Positions 1-9,639 of a DNA stretch of 64,000 bases are shown here, in pieces. Origin of the DNA: Clostridia bacterium (GTDB lineage Bacteria > Bacillota > Clostridia > Oscillospirales > CAG-272); the NCBI GenBank assembly GCA_017451915.1, contig JAFTNJ010000039.1, positions 87,532 through 151,531 of the forward strand, written 5' to 3'. Each line of letters begins with the position of its first letter. Positions within the stretch are counted from its first letter, which is position 1. A program made the translations under genes and the position numbers. The notes under the pieces are model-generated. The model saw only the letters and a list, made by a program, of their open reading frames with translations. It was not told where the DNA came from and searched no databases.

Positions 1-780
1 GGCCAGTCTGGTGCAGTGGATACGGGATTGCTGACCCGCGCCAACACCGATGGCCTGTCCGTCCACGGCGTAGCATACCGAGTTGGACTGGGTGTACTTG
101 AGGGTGATGAGGGCCACGATCAGGTCGCGCTTTGCGCTGTCGGGCAGGGTCTTGTTCTCGGTCACCAGGTTGGAGAGCAGAGCCTCGTTGATCTCAAAAT
201 TGTTTCTTCCCTGCTCAAAGGTGATGCCGTATACCTGCTTGTGCTCCACGGCGTCGGGAATATAGTTGGGATCGATCTGAACAATATTGTAATTGCCGCC
301 GCGCTTGGATTTGAGAATCTCCAGAGCCTCGGGCTCGTAGCCGGGAGCGATGATACCGTCGGAAACCTCGCGCTTGATCATCTTGGCGGTGGTGACGTCA
401 CAAACGTCAGAGAGAGCCACCCAGTCGCCAAAGGAGCACATACGGTCGGTGCCGCGGGCTCTTGCGTAGGCGCAGGCCAAGGGGGACTCGTCAAGGCCCT
501 CGATGTCATCCACGAAGCAAGCCTTTTTCAGCTTGTCGGACAGAGGAATGCCAACCGCCGCGGAGGTGGGGCTGACGTGCTTAAAGGAGGTTACCGCGGG
601 AAGTCCCAGAGCCTCCTTCAGCTCTTTTACCAGCTGCCAGGAGTTGAAAGCGTCCAGGAAATTGATAAAGCCGGGTCTGCCGCAAAGGATCTGAATGGGA
701 AGCTCACTTCCGTCGTGCATAAAGATCTTGGCGGGCTTTTGGTTGGGGTTACAGCCGTATTTCAGTTCAAATTCTTTCAT
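1..780 (-). CDS. purH: AICAR transformylase (Clostridial stand-alone PurH formyltransferase domain), 3'-truncated by window edge
   Basis: Translated by hand from ATG at 780: [16 protein letters not shown]...SFKHVSP...LKYTQSNSV...[14 protein letters not shown]. No N-terminal MGS/IMPCH domain. AGGAG RBS upstream. Confidence 0.9.
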   Translation of the reverse strand, partial: MKEFELKYGCNPNQKPAKIFMHDGSELPIQILCGRPGFINFLDAFNSWQLVKELKEALGLPAVTSFKHVSPTSAAVGIPLSDKLKKACFVDDIEGLDESPLACAYARARGTDRMCSFGDWVALSDVCDVTTAKMIKREVSDGIIAPGYEPEALEILKSKRGGNYNIVQIDPNYIPDAVEHKQVYGITFEQGRNNFEINEALLSNLVTENKTLPDSAKRDLIVALITLKYTQSNSVCYAVDGQAIGVGAGQQSRIHCTRLA

Positions 781-792
781 GATTACAACTCC

Positions 793-1509
793 TTATGCAT
801 TCTTATTCACGATTCTGGTCTCGGTCTCGCCGCTGGCGATGTCGATGTAGCGGACGAAGAGAGAAACCTTGTTGTCTTGGTTCAGGTTCTTCCAGATCAG
901 ATCGGTGAGCTCGTCGATGGAAACGTCGGGAAGCTCCAGGGTCTTGGGCTCGCCCTCGTAGGAAGGCAGGGGATTTCCGTCCCCGTTGTAGGTGTGGATG
1001 AACTTGGCTCTGCCCGCGATGGGATTGGAATATGCGTAGGTAAAGCGCTCGCAGGAGCTGTCGTCCCCCTCGGCGCTCTTGAGGATGGACATGGCAAAGT
1101 TCATGCCGTCCTTCTCGCGGCGGATGATGCCCGAGATTCTGGGGGTAAAGTTGGGCTTATCGTCCTCAAACTCACGGGTGCGCAAAGCCTGCTCAAAGGT
1201 CATCTGCTTGTCCATCAGGTCATAGATGGTATCGGTCTGGTCACCGTTGGTCACAATGGTCTTGTTGCCAAGGACACGAACGGGATAGTAGATGATGAGG
1301 TGCGGATCGATCATCTTGGACTCGTCAAAGGCCTTGGTACGCATGGCGTCGCCCTCGGCAACGAACACGCGGTTGCGGCTGTTTTCGCTTCTTCCCATAA
1401 TGAAATATGCGGTAACCGCCTTCTTGCCGTCGGCACTTTTGCCGATGATAATACCTCTGCCGTGGTAGGCAAGAGAATTCAACTCATTTACAATGGTAGA
1501 TACCTTCAT
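793..1509 (-). CDS. IMP cyclohydrolase (PurO-like, Ntn-hydrolase fold)
   Basis: YHGRGII...AYFIMGRSENSRNR, IVTNGDQTD, FEDDKPNFTPRISG motifs; lies between purN and the AICAR transformylase. Confidence 0.85.
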   Translation of the reverse strand: MKVSTIVNELNSLAYHGRGIIIGKSADGKKAVTAYFIMGRSENSRNRVFVAEGDAMRTKAFDESKMIDPHLIIYYPVRVLGNKTIVTNGDQTDTIYDLMDKQMTFEQALRTREFEDDKPNFTPRISGIIRREKDGMNFAMSILKSAEGDDSSCERFTYAYSNPIAGRAKFIHTYNGDGNPLPSYEGEPKTLELPDVSIDELTDLIWKNLNQDNKVSLFVRYIDIASGETETRIVNKNA

Positions 1510-1512
1510 GAT

Positions 1513-2154
1513 TTATTCTCCTTTGATGTAGACTTTGTTGTCCGCCACGGTGATGCGACCGTCACAGAACAGCTTGACCGCCGCGGGAAGGATCTTCCAC
1601 TCGGCTTCTTCCATAATTCGTTTTTGCAGCGTTTCGGGGGTGTCGTCCTGCTTGACCTCCACCGCCTTTTGCAGAACGATGGGGCCGGCGTCACACTCGG
1701 GGGTGACGATGTGCACCGTGGCACCCGAAACCTTAACGCCCTTTGCCAGCGCCGCCTCATGGACGTGGAGTCCGTAAAATCCCTTGCCGCAGAAGGAGGG
1801 GATCAGAGCGGGATGGACGTTGAGAATGCGGTTGGGGAATCTTTCATAAACCTGCTCGTCGATGATGGTGAGGAATCCTGCCAGCACCACCAGGTCGGCA
1901 CCCGCTTCCTCCAGCGTATCGGCCAGAGCCTTGGAATAAGCGGCAATGCTATCGTATTCCTTGCGCGCCAGCACCTTGGAGGCAATGCCGTGATTCTTGG
2001 CACGCTCCAGAGCGTACACGTCGGGCTTGGAGGCAAGCACCAGGGTAATTTTTCCGTTCCCCAGCTCGCCCCGCTCCTGAGCGTCGATCAGGGCTTGCAG
2101 ATTGGTTCCGCCTCCCGACACCAGCACGGCGATCTTTGTGATATTCTCTTTCAT
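1513..2154 (-). CDS. purN: phosphoribosylglycinamide formyltransferase
   Basis: VLVSGGGTNLQA, LAGF, NVHPALIP, GATVH, DAGPI motifs. Confidence 0.95.
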   Translation of the reverse strand: MKENITKIAVLVSGGGTNLQALIDAQERGELGNGKITLVLASKPDVYALERAKNHGIASKVLARKEYDSIAAYSKALADTLEEAGADLVVLAGFLTIIDEQVYERFPNRILNVHPALIPSFCGKGFYGLHVHEAALAKGVKVSGATVHIVTPECDAGPIVLQKAVEVKQDDTPETLQKRIMEEAEWKILPAAVKLFCDGRITVADNKVYIKGE

Positions 2155-3203
2155 CAGCAGAAGACCACCCCGTCGTCGCCCTTCACGATCTCGCCGATCA
2201 CGTAGGCATCCTCGCCCTGGGCCTTGAGGATCTCCAGTGCGGTATCCACCTGATCTGCGGGAACCACAATGCTCATACCAACGCCCATGTTGTAGGTGTT
2301 ATACATATCTCTTTCGGGGATGTTTCCGGTCTTGGCGATGAGCTCAAAGATGGGCAGTACCTTCACGGCCGCCTTTTCGATCTTTGCGGAAAGTCCCTTG
2401 GGGATCGATCTCGGAATGTTCTCATAGAATCCGCCGCCGGTGATGTGGCTGATGCCCTTGACGTCTACCTTTTCCAGGAGCGCGAGAACGCTCTTGACGT
2501 AGATCTTGGTGGGAGTGAGAAGGGTCTCGGCAACGCTCTTACCGCCCAGCTCCTCCTTCGCTTCATACAGGGAGGCGGGATTATGGTCAATGTCAAACAC
2601 CTTGCGGCAGAGGGAGAAGCCGTTGGAGTGAACGCCGCTGGATGCCAGCGCGATCACCGCGTCACCCTCGGCCATGCGGGTGTTGTCCAGAATTTTCTTT
2701 TTATCCACGATACCAACCGCAAAGCCGGCCAGATCGTAGTCCTCCACGGGCATCATACCGGGATGCTCCGCGGTCTCGCCGCCAATCAGCGCGGCGCCCG
2801 ACTGCACGCAGCCCTCGGCCACACCGCTGACGATGGAAGCGATCTTTTCGGGAATATTTTTACCGCAGGCGATGTAGTCCAGGAAGAACAGAGGACGGGC
2901 ACCGCAGCAAATGATATCGTTGACGCACATGGCCACGGCGTCAATGCCGATGGTATCGTGCTTGTCCATGAGGATCGCCATTTTGACCTTGGTACCGCAA
3001 CCGTCGGTACCCGAGACCAACACCGGCTCCTCCATGCCCGCCAGGGGCAATCCAAAGCAACCGCCAAAGCCTCCAACGTCGTCAAGGCAGCCCTCGTTCT
3101 TGGTGCGGGCGATGTGCTTTTTCATCAGCTCGACCGCTTTGTAGCCCGCGGTAATGTCAACGCCCGCGGCGGCGTAGCTTTCGGATTTCGAATTGCTGTG
3201 CAT
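2154..3203 (-). CDS. purM: phosphoribosylformylglycinamidine cyclo-ligase (AIR synthetase)
   Basis: YAAAGVDI, GTDGCGTK, GGETAEHPG, SSGVHSNGFS, HITGGG; start placed at the ATG after the GAAGGGAG RBS. Confidence 0.95.
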   Translation of the reverse strand: MHSNSKSESYAAAGVDITAGYKAVELMKKHIARTKNEGCLDDVGGFGGCFGLPLAGMEEPVLVSGTDGCGTKVKMAILMDKHDTIGIDAVAMCVNDIICCGARPLFFLDYIACGKNIPEKIASIVSGVAEGCVQSGAALIGGETAEHPGMMPVEDYDLAGFAVGIVDKKKILDNTRMAEGDAVIALASSGVHSNGFSLCRKVFDIDHNPASLYEAKEELGGKSVAETLLTPTKIYVKSVLALLEKVDVKGISHITGGGFYENIPRSIPKGLSAKIEKAAVKVLPIFELIAKTGNIPERDMYNTYNMGVGMSIVVPADQVDTALEILKAQGEDAYVIGEIVKGDDGVVFC

Positions 3204-3224
3204 GATATATACTCCCTTCAAAAA

Positions 3225-4652
3225 TTATTCTTTTCCGTTCCAGCAATAGGTGCAAAGCTTGCACGGGTCCACTCCAATGGCCTCCAGCACCCCTTCCAGG
3301 GACTGGAACTCCAGAGAGGAGAACTGGAACTTTTCACAAATGGCGCGGCGCAGATTCTTTCCGCGCTCGGTATCCGAGCGGCTGTATTCCTCCAGGTGCT
3401 CGAATCCTGCTTCCCCCTCCAGTTCCACGATCACCCGACGGGCCAGGAGCTCCATCTCGCTGTTGGAGCGGGAAAAGTTGAGGTATTTACAGCTGTACAT
3501 GATGGGGGGACAGCCGGAGCGCATATGCACCGCCTTGGCCCCGTTCTCGTAGAGGAACTCCACGGTCTCCCGCAGCTGGGTCCCTCGCACGATGGAATCG
3601 TCCATAAACAGCAGATTCTTATCCTCGATGAGATCGTGGATGGGGATCTGCTTCATTTTTGCCACCTTTTCCCGCTCGGCCTGCCGCTGGGGGGTAAAGC
3701 TCCGCGCCCAGGTGGGGGTGTACTTGATGTAAGGACGGGCAAAGGGAATGTGGCTCTGGTTGGCGTAGCCGATGGCGTGGGGGGTTCCCGAATCGGGCAG
3801 ACCACTCACAAAATCCACGTCCTTGGCACTTCCCACCGCGGCATCGTGCCGCGCCATAATGGCACCGTCACGGTTGCGCATGGTCTCCACGTTCATGCCC
3901 TCGTAGCTGGACGCAGGATAGCCGTAGTAGGTCCAGAGGAAGGCGCACATCCGCATCTTCTCTCCCGGGGCGGCCAGCTGCTCCACGCCCTTTTCCAGGG
4001 AGAGCTCCACGATCTCACCGGGGCCCAGCTCCTGCTTGACCGTGTAGCCCAGCTTTTGGCAGGCAAAGGACTCGAAGGAGGCACACCAATCGCCGTCCCG
4101 CTCTCCGATCTGCACCGGAGTTCTTCCCAAGAGATCCCGGGCGGCAATGAGGTTGCCTCCCTCCTTGAGGATCAGGATCGACGCCGAGCCCTCGATGGAT
4201 TGCTGCGCAAAGCGAATGCCCTCGGCAAAGCTATCCCTTTGGCTGATCAGGGCCGCCAGAAGCTCCAAAGAGTTGACCCGGCCCCCGGTCATGGCCGAAT
4301 AGTAGCCGCCGTGCTCGGTAAAATACTGATCGATAAGCGCCGCCGTGTTGTTGATCACCCCCACCATGGCGATGGCAAAGGTGCCCAGCTTGGAGCGGAT
4401 GAGAAGGGGCTGGGGATCGGCATCACTGATGCATCCCATGGCAGAGGTGCCCCTCATTTCGTCAAAGATATGTTCAAACTTGGTTCGGAACGGTGAGTTC
4501 TGAATGTTGTGGATCTCGCGTTGCAGACCAATGGTGGGATCGTAGGCCGCCATTCCGCCGCGGCAGGTGCCCAGGTGGGAATGGTAGTCGGTCCCAAAAA
4601 ATGCGTCGGAGATGGCATCCTCCTTGCAAACAGCTCCAAAAAAGCCTCCCAT
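3225..4652 (-). CDS. purF: amidophosphoribosyltransferase, MGGFFG-type N-terminus without Cys1
   Basis: PRPP loop MDDSIVRGT, PDSG, C-terminal LCTYCW; GGAGGT RBS before ATG at 4652. Confidence 0.9.
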   Translation of the reverse strand: MGGFFGAVCKEDAISDAFFGTDYHSHLGTCRGGMAAYDPTIGLQREIHNIQNSPFRTKFEHIFDEMRGTSAMGCISDADPQPLLIRSKLGTFAIAMVGVINNTAALIDQYFTEHGGYYSAMTGGRVNSLELLAALISQRDSFAEGIRFAQQSIEGSASILILKEGGNLIAARDLLGRTPVQIGERDGDWCASFESFACQKLGYTVKQELGPGEIVELSLEKGVEQLAAPGEKMRMCAFLWTYYGYPASSYEGMNVETMRNRDGAIMARHDAAVGSAKDVDFVSGLPDSGTPHAIGYANQSHIPFARPYIKYTPTWARSFTPQRQAEREKVAKMKQIPIHDLIEDKNLLFMDDSIVRGTQLRETVEFLYENGAKAVHMRSGCPPIMYSCKYLNFSRSNSEMELLARRVIVELEGEAGFEHLEEYSRSDTERGKNLRRAICEKFQFSSLEFQSLEGVLEAIGVDPCKLCTYCWNGKE

Positions 4653-4743
4653 AATACCTCCAGGTAAACGATTGTACACGCACAAAGGGGCAATCCGAAA
4701 CTCGGATCACTCCTTTGCGCGCAGAGTATTCAAAAGCAAGAAA

Positions 4744-5430
4744 TCAAGCAAAGAAGAGCTCGGACAGGGTCATGGGATCAATGTACTGACCGTCCTTGTA
4801 AACGCGCATATTACCGGAGGCGATCTCGTCAATGAGCATCACCTTGCCGTCGGCGTCGTAGCCAAACTCAAACTTGATGTCGTAGAGCACCAGGCCCTTT
4901 TCCTTCAGATCGTCGGCAACGATCTGGGTGATCTTTTGGGTCATGAGCTTGATGTCGTCGTACTGCTCGGCAGTCATCACGCCCAGATCCACCAGACCGT
5001 CCTTGGTAACCAGGGGATCGCCCTTTTCGTCGTTCTTAAAGGTGGTCTCCACGTATGCGGGAAGATCGGCACCCTCCTCGATGTAATCGGAATAGCGGCG
5101 GTAGAAGCTACCCACGGCCTTGTGACGGCAGATGACCTCCAGACCCTTACCAAAGGCCTTTGCGGGAAGCACCTCCATGGTGGTGTCAGCCAGGTTTGCG
5201 CTGATGTAGTGGGTCTTGATGCCTGCGGCGTTGACCTTTTCGAAGAAATAGATAGACATACGCAGGTTGACGTCACCCACGCCGTCGATGGTGAGTCCTA
5301 CGGCGTTTTCGCCGGGATCAAACACACCGTCCTTGCCGGTGCAATCGTCCTTAAACTTGAGCAGATAGTTGCCGTTCTCCAGGGCAAATACGTCCTTAGT
5401 CTTTCCGGTGTAAACAAGAGTCTTATTCAT
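4744..5430 (-). CDS. purC: SAICAR synthetase
   Basis: [26 protein letters not shown] motifs. Confidence 0.93.
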   Translation of the reverse strand: MNKTLVYTGKTKDVFALENGNYLLKFKDDCTGKDGVFDPGENAVGLTIDGVGDVNLRMSIYFFEKVNAAGIKTHYISANLADTTMEVLPAKAFGKGLEVICRHKAVGSFYRRYSDYIEEGADLPAYVETTFKNDEKGDPLVTKDGLVDLGVMTAEQYDDIKLMTQKITQIVADDLKEKGLVLYDIKFEFGYDADGKVMLIDEIASGNMRVYKDGQYIDPMTLSELFFA

Positions 5431-5485
5431 CGTTATTGTTCTCCTTCAAAGTATATGTATAAAAAAATAATTTCTCGATTGCTTC

Positions 5486-5577
5486 AGCCTCTCCCTCTGG
5501 GAGAGGTGGCACGCGAAGCGTGACGGAGAGGGCCCCTCTCACCCGCTCTCGCGGGAGCTCTCCCCAAGGGAGAGCCT
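5486..5577. repeat. REP-like multi-hairpin palindromic element between purE and purC
   Basis: Imperfect 20-bp inverted ends (agcctctccctctgggagag / ctctccccaagggagagcct), each itself a hairpin; internal hairpins cacgc-gaa-gcgtg and cccgc-tctc-gcggg. Confidence 0.65.
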
Positions 5578-5618
5578 TTCACATAGGAATCTTCAAGAGT
5601 TACCGTATTGTGAAAAAA

Positions 5619-6122
5619 TCAGCATCCCGCCAGCTTTGCGGCCAGAGCCTTATCCTTCTCCAGGACGGCGGCGGCATCGGCACGGCGCTTGTTGTCCAGC
5701 TTTTCGGCCAGGGACGCGTCCTCGATGGCAAGCATCTGAATCGACAACAAGGCGGCATTGGCGGCGCCGTCAATGGCAACCGTGGCTACAGGAATTCCCG
5801 TGGGCATTTGTACCGTTGACAGCAATGCGTCAATGCCGTCCAGATATTTGGATTTTACGGGGATGCCGATGACGGGCAGGGTGGTGTTGGCCGCCAGGGC
5901 ACCTGCCAGATGCGCGGCCATTCCTGCCGCGGCAATGATGGCACCAAAGCCGTTTTGGCGCGCCGAAAGGGCAAAGTCTCTTGCCTCTACGGGGGTGCGG
6001 TGCGCCGAAAAGACGTGTACCTCATAGGGCACGTCAAAGCTCTCCAGGGTAGCAATGGCCTTTTCCACTACGGGCAGATCACTGTCACTTCCCATTACGA
6101 TTCCCACTTTTTTCATGGTCAT
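5619..6122 (-). CDS. purE: N5-carboxyaminoimidazole ribonucleotide mutase
   Basis: [32 protein letters not shown]; start at ATG 6122 after the AAGGAG RBS (the track's longer ORF is a spurious extension). Confidence 0.95.
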   Translation of the reverse strand: MTMKKVGIVMGSDSDLPVVEKAIATLESFDVPYEVHVFSAHRTPVEARDFALSARQNGFGAIIAAAGMAAHLAGALAANTTLPVIGIPVKSKYLDGIDALLSTVQMPTGIPVATVAIDGAANAALLSIQMLAIEDASLAEKLDNKRRADAAAVLEKDKALAAKLAGC

Positions 6123-6172
6123 ATTCGCTCCTTTTTTAGGTTCTGTTTGCCCAAAAGCGCGCCCGCAAAAGC

Positions 6173-6212
6173 AAAAAAGGGCGCACTTATTCCGGCGAGA
6201 ATAAGCGTGCCC
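6173..6212 (-). terminator. riboswitch-controlled intrinsic terminator
   Basis: Minus strand GGGCACGCTTATTC-loop-GAATAAGTGCGCCC followed by TTTTTT; its 5' arm overlaps the 3' strand of riboswitch P3. Confidence 0.85.
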
Positions 6213-6302
6213 AGACGGTCGGCAAAGAGAGATTCTCTCCATGAATAACGAATTTCCGTTCCCCTGTGGTACTCCACAACTATCCGTCAGTCGCGGAAAT
6301 CC
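6208..6302 (-). ncRNA. ZMP/ZTP (pfl) riboswitch
   Basis: Minus strand: P1 GATTTCCG/CGGAAATT, CGACTGACGG junction, P2 TGTGG-AGTA-CCACA, GGGGAA, P3 TGCC-GACCGTCTG-GGCA; pseudoknot GACGG:CCGTC; upstream of the pur operon. Confidence 0.88.
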
Positions 6303-6315
6303 TATGAACATTACT

Positions 6316-6344
6316 ATAATATCATAAAAGGCGAAAAATGTCAA
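6316..6344 (-). promoter_or_regulatory. sigma-A promoter of pur operon
   Basis: TTGACA-17 bp-TATTAT with TG extended -10, just upstream of the riboswitch. Confidence 0.75.
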
Positions 6345-6432
6345 GAGGAACGCGGCTTTTTTTCGGGGAGAAATGGAGCCCTTTCGGGCGTCGATTTTTG
6401 TCCATTTCGCCAAAGAGCCCGTCGGCACCCCC

Positions 6433-7587
6433 TTACTCCAGCTCCACGGCAACCGCCGCGATCCGCTTGGCCGATGCCGCAAGAGAGGCAAGGTAGGCAA
6501 ACTCCTCGGGAGAATGGATCTTTCCTCCCTCGGCCCCCACGGAATCCACGCAGGGGATGCCGTAAGCCGTCACGTCCGCCGCATCCGAGCCGCCCTTGCG
6601 CATGGCGGGGGTCAGCGCGGAAAGACCGTTGGCAGAGAACGCGCGGTTCATTTTTTCCACCAGCTCCAGATTCCGCTCCACCCGTTCCATGGCCAAGCGG
6701 CAGCTCGAAACCGTCACCTTGGTGCTGCATCCCTTGATATATACGGTATCCGCCACCTGTTGCATATACGCCTTGACCCAATCCAGCTGCTCCTGGGTAG
6801 CAAAGCGGACGTTGGCCTTGAACTCACAATATCCGGGTACCGTATTCACAACCGTACCGCCTTGGATCAAGCCGCAGTTGCAGGTCAGGCCCTCGTCATC
6901 CTTGAGCTTCTCCAGTTCAAGGATCTTGTGCGCCGCCTCGGCAATGGCGTTGGCTCCCGCCGTGGCACAGTTGGAGGAATGCGCCTCCACACCGCTCACG
7001 GCAAAGGTGAAGGTAGCAATGCCCTTTCTTTGAACGCAAACCTCTCCATGGGTGTGCCCCTCCAGATTCAGAAAGGCGATGGAATCTTTCGCTTTTTCAC
7101 AAATGTAACCAATGGTGGCCTTGTTGCTGGGAATACTGCTCACCTCCTCGTCGCTCTGCAAGAGCATCCGAATGGGACGGGAGACAAAACCGCACCGAGA
7201 AAGAGCATCCATTGCCAGAAATCCCGCCACGATGCCGCCCTTGCAGTCGGTCACGCCGGGGCCGTAGATCTTTTCTCCGTCGATCTTCACCGCGGGCGTG
7301 CCGAAGGCCCCCACGGGATGCACCGTGTCCATGTGTCCCGAAAGGCAGATGGGGGACCCTTTTGCGTTGGGATTCATGGTGACGCAGACCACGTTGCCAG
7401 AGATCGGCTGCTCAAAGATCTCCACATCCCAGCCTCTCTCCTTTGCAAGATCGGCAAAATACTTGCCAACCGCGTCCACCCCCGCCTTGTATTTGGTGGG
7501 GCTTTCGATGTTGCAAACGTCCTCCCAGACCTTGATATAGGAATCGTTCAGGGCGTCAATCTCGGCAAAAATTTTTTCACATTTCAT
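6433..7587 (-). CDS. M20 family metallopeptidase (carboxypeptidase G2/ArgE-like)
   Basis: GHMDTV, GPGVTDCKGG, SDEE, GGSD, IHSPEE motifs. Confidence 0.85.
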   Translation of the reverse strand: MKCEKIFAEIDALNDSYIKVWEDVCNIESPTKYKAGVDAVGKYFADLAKERGWDVEIFEQPISGNVVCVTMNPNAKGSPICLSGHMDTVHPVGAFGTPAVKIDGEKIYGPGVTDCKGGIVAGFLAMDALSRCGFVSRPIRMLLQSDEEVSSIPSNKATIGYICEKAKDSIAFLNLEGHTHGEVCVQRKGIATFTFAVSGVEAHSSNCATAGANAIAEAAHKILELEKLKDDEGLTCNCGLIQGGTVVNTVPGYCEFKANVRFATQEQLDWVKAYMQQVADTVYIKGCSTKVTVSSCRLAMERVERNLELVEKMNRAFSANGLSALTPAMRKGGSDAADVTAYGIPCVDSVGAEGGKIHSPEEFAYLASLAASAKRIAAVAVELE

Positions 7588-7599
7588 AGCGGTTTCTCC

Positions 7600-8538
7600 T
7601 TATAAAAAGGCTTCGTGGGAATGGATCAATTCGGCTTTTCCATCCCGGAACACCAATCGATAGCCCACGTAGGCGGATTTTTGATAGTCAAATTGAGATC
7701 GGTCAAATGCAGACTCGGCAAAGGCATTGCCACCCCAACGGTCACCGAAATAAACAATCTCCCCGTCCTCTCGCTCGTACAAAAAGGCGGGCTGGCTCAA
7801 ATAGGTGGTGGCGTCTCCAAGGGGAAGATTCTCACTCCATTCCCCCTCCATGCGGTCGGCCACCGCATAGGCACATTGATTGGGCTTCCAGCCCGTGCAA
7901 AAGGAAGTGACCAGGAGGTATTTCCCGTCCTTTTGGATCACCGCGGGCGCCTCCCGACTCTGGCCCGCAAAGAGCTTTTGGACAAAGACCTCCACGTCCA
8001 AGCCGTCCTTTGTCAAGCGGTACAGGTGCAGATCGCGGTTGTGCTCCGACGCGCTGAGAAAGTAGATCCTATCCCCATCGACAAAGAGGGTGCAATCCCG
8101 GGACATATACCCAACGGGACGGAAGCTGCCGTGATACACAAAGTCTCCGTCGGGGGTGTCACAGCTTGCCACGGCGCAACGGGCGGCGTGGTAATTGATG
8201 CCATCCTCATAATGCGCCCAAAGGATGAATTTTCCCGTATTCCGATTGTAGATCACCTTGGGACGCTCGATGTTCACCCGATTTCCATCGCTGTTGCGAA
8301 GGGACAGGTCACGCCCTTCATGGATCTTTTTCACGGGAGAATCGGCGGTCAGAATATGACGGACAAAGCGCCAGGTCTTGCCGCCGTCCAGGGATTGATA
8401 ACAGCTGACGTAGGCATCGCCGCGGCGATCCTCGCCATACCAGTACAGAGCTTTTCCAAAGGCCAAACGACAGCCGCCGTGGGCGTGGATCTCGTTCCCC
8501 TCGGCGTCCGGCCATATCTCGCCGTTGATTCGTTTCAT
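7600..8538 (-). CDS. GH43 glycoside hydrolase (GH43_24-like, exo-beta-1,3-galactanase type), no signal peptide
   Basis: IHAHGG, YWYGE, IERPKVIYN, MSRDCTLF, REAPA, TGWKPN, SQPAF, GDRW. Confidence 0.8.
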   Translation of the reverse strand: MKRINGEIWPDAEGNEIHAHGGCRLAFGKALYWYGEDRRGDAYVSCYQSLDGGKTWRFVRHILTADSPVKKIHEGRDLSLRNSDGNRVNIERPKVIYNRNTGKFILWAHYEDGINYHAARCAVASCDTPDGDFVYHGSFRPVGYMSRDCTLFVDGDRIYFLSASEHNRDLHLYRLTKDGLDVEVFVQKLFAGQSREAPAVIQKDGKYLLVTSFCTGWKPNQCAYAVADRMEGEWSENLPLGDATTYLSQPAFLYEREDGEIVYFGDRWGGNAFAESAFDRSQFDYQKSAYVGYRLVFRDGKAELIHSHEAFL

Positions 8539-8567
8539 AAGCGTCACCTCGATGATTGGTTGCTATC

Positions 8568-8596
8568 AGTATAACACAAGCCGATACAAATTGCAA
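8568..8596 (-). promoter_or_regulatory. sigma-A-like promoter of GH43-M20 genes
   Basis: TTGCAA-17 bp-TATACT, TG extension. Confidence 0.55.
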
Positions 8597-8638
8597 TAAA
8601 AAATTGCCCCAAGACTAAATTGCGCCTTTTTTAAGCGC

Positions 8639-8676
8639 AAAAAAGAGCTCATATGGAAAAATCCGTATAAGCTCTC
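8639..8676 (-). terminator. probable terminator of LysR gene
   Basis: Imperfect hairpin agagctcatatgga/tccgtataagctct with an adjacent A-run (U-tract on minus strand). Confidence 0.5.
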
Positions 8677-8730
8677 TGTTTCGCTCCCCCTTGGCGGTGA
8701 GTAACCGCGCACTTGCTGCGACATGAATTT

Positions 8731-9639
8731 TTAGGAATTGATACCATCGCCAAATTGCAGGATGGCAGAAATAAACTTTTCCAAGATCGTTGTGGGTTTT
8801 CTGTCATTTCGTGTAATATAGCCTACGCTGTAAAGAGAGTTGCTCTCCAGCGGCACAGAAATGATTTTTTCCTCATTCAGTGCCGAGGGCATGATTCCTG
8901 TGCCTACCGTATAGGCATCTGTTTTAAGCAGAATATTCATAAGTGTCGCTCGGTCACTTATAACGATGTGTTTCTCTGCAAAATCTCCTGAAATCATTTC
9001 TTCCGTAAACCAAGAATCTTTATGTGCGCCCTGCTCGTATGAGAGATAGGGATAGCTGTTCAGCATTTCATAGGGCAAATAAGGCTCGTTTGAAAGAGGG
9101 TGTTCCTTACGCAAAAAAACGTGCGGTGATACCTTGAATATGGGCGAAAATGATATTTCTTTATTTTGCAGATATCTGCTCATAATATCAATGTTTTTAT
9201 CTTCTATGGCAATAATTCCGATATCGCTATATGCAATCTCCACGTCACGGATCACCTCATAGGTTTCCTTTTCTTGAAGTGATAATGAATATTCCGTGTC
9301 CCGATTTTCTACGATCAACTTGCAAAAAGTATCTGCAATAAAGTCATAATGTTGAGTGGAAACATAAAGACGCGAACCCAATTTTGAGCTTTTGTATCGA
9401 TTGATAACAAAATCGTTCTTTGAGACGATCTCAGCGGCGTATCTGACAAATTCAGCGCCTTCCACTGTCAGAACAGTGCCATTCTTAGAGCGCTCAAATA
9501 TTTTGATACCAAGCTCATCCTCAAGACATTTGATACTGGTTGAAAGACTTGACTGGGCAACAAAAAGCTTTCTTGCCGCTTCACTAAAGGAGCCTGTGCT
9601 GTGTATTTCCATAACATATATGCATTGTTGTATTGTCAT
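8731..9639 (-). CDS. LysR family regulator (MtaR/MetR/CmbR-like)
   Basis: HTH GSFSEAARKLFVAQSSLS; STQHY, YPYLSYEQG, SDRATL signatures; AT-rich. Confidence 0.85.
   Translation of the reverse strand: MTIQQCIYVMEIHSTGSFSEAARKLFVAQSSLSTSIKCLEDELGIKIFERSKNGTVLTVEGAEFVRYAAEIVSKNDFVINRYKSSKLGSRLYVSTQHYDFIADTFCKLIVENRDTEYSLSLQEKETYEVIRDVEIAYSDIGIIAIEDKNIDIMSRYLQNKEISFSPIFKVSPHVFLRKEHPLSNEPYLPYEMLNSYPYLSYEQGAHKDSWFTEEMISGDFAEKHIVISDRATLMNILLKTDAYTVGTGIMPSALNEEKIISVPLESNSLYSVGYITRNDRKPTTILEKFISAILQFGDGINS

Noticed and set aside
16-5523. Long plus-strand ORFs (729, 683 and 303 aa) over the pur genes
   Set aside because: Antisense shadows of well-supported minus-strand genes, explained by codon bias; no recognisable motifs
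6123-6500. N-terminal extension of PurE in the ORF track (similar extensions at safA, acyl-CoA synthetase, SGNH 3 and the 56101 ORF)
   Set aside because: The extensions run through promoters, the riboswitch or neighbouring genes; RBS-supported starts lie downstream
8588-8623. AAATTGC x3 near the GH43 promoter, weakly like the 14-bp motif
   Set aside because: Short, irregularly spaced and in AT-rich DNA, so not distinguishable from chance
8692-8702. Minus-strand ACTCACCGCCA resembling a tRNA-Ser 3' end (att scar) at the islet edge
   Set aside because: Only about 11 nt, no T-arm, no partner copy seen at the other edge and no integrase
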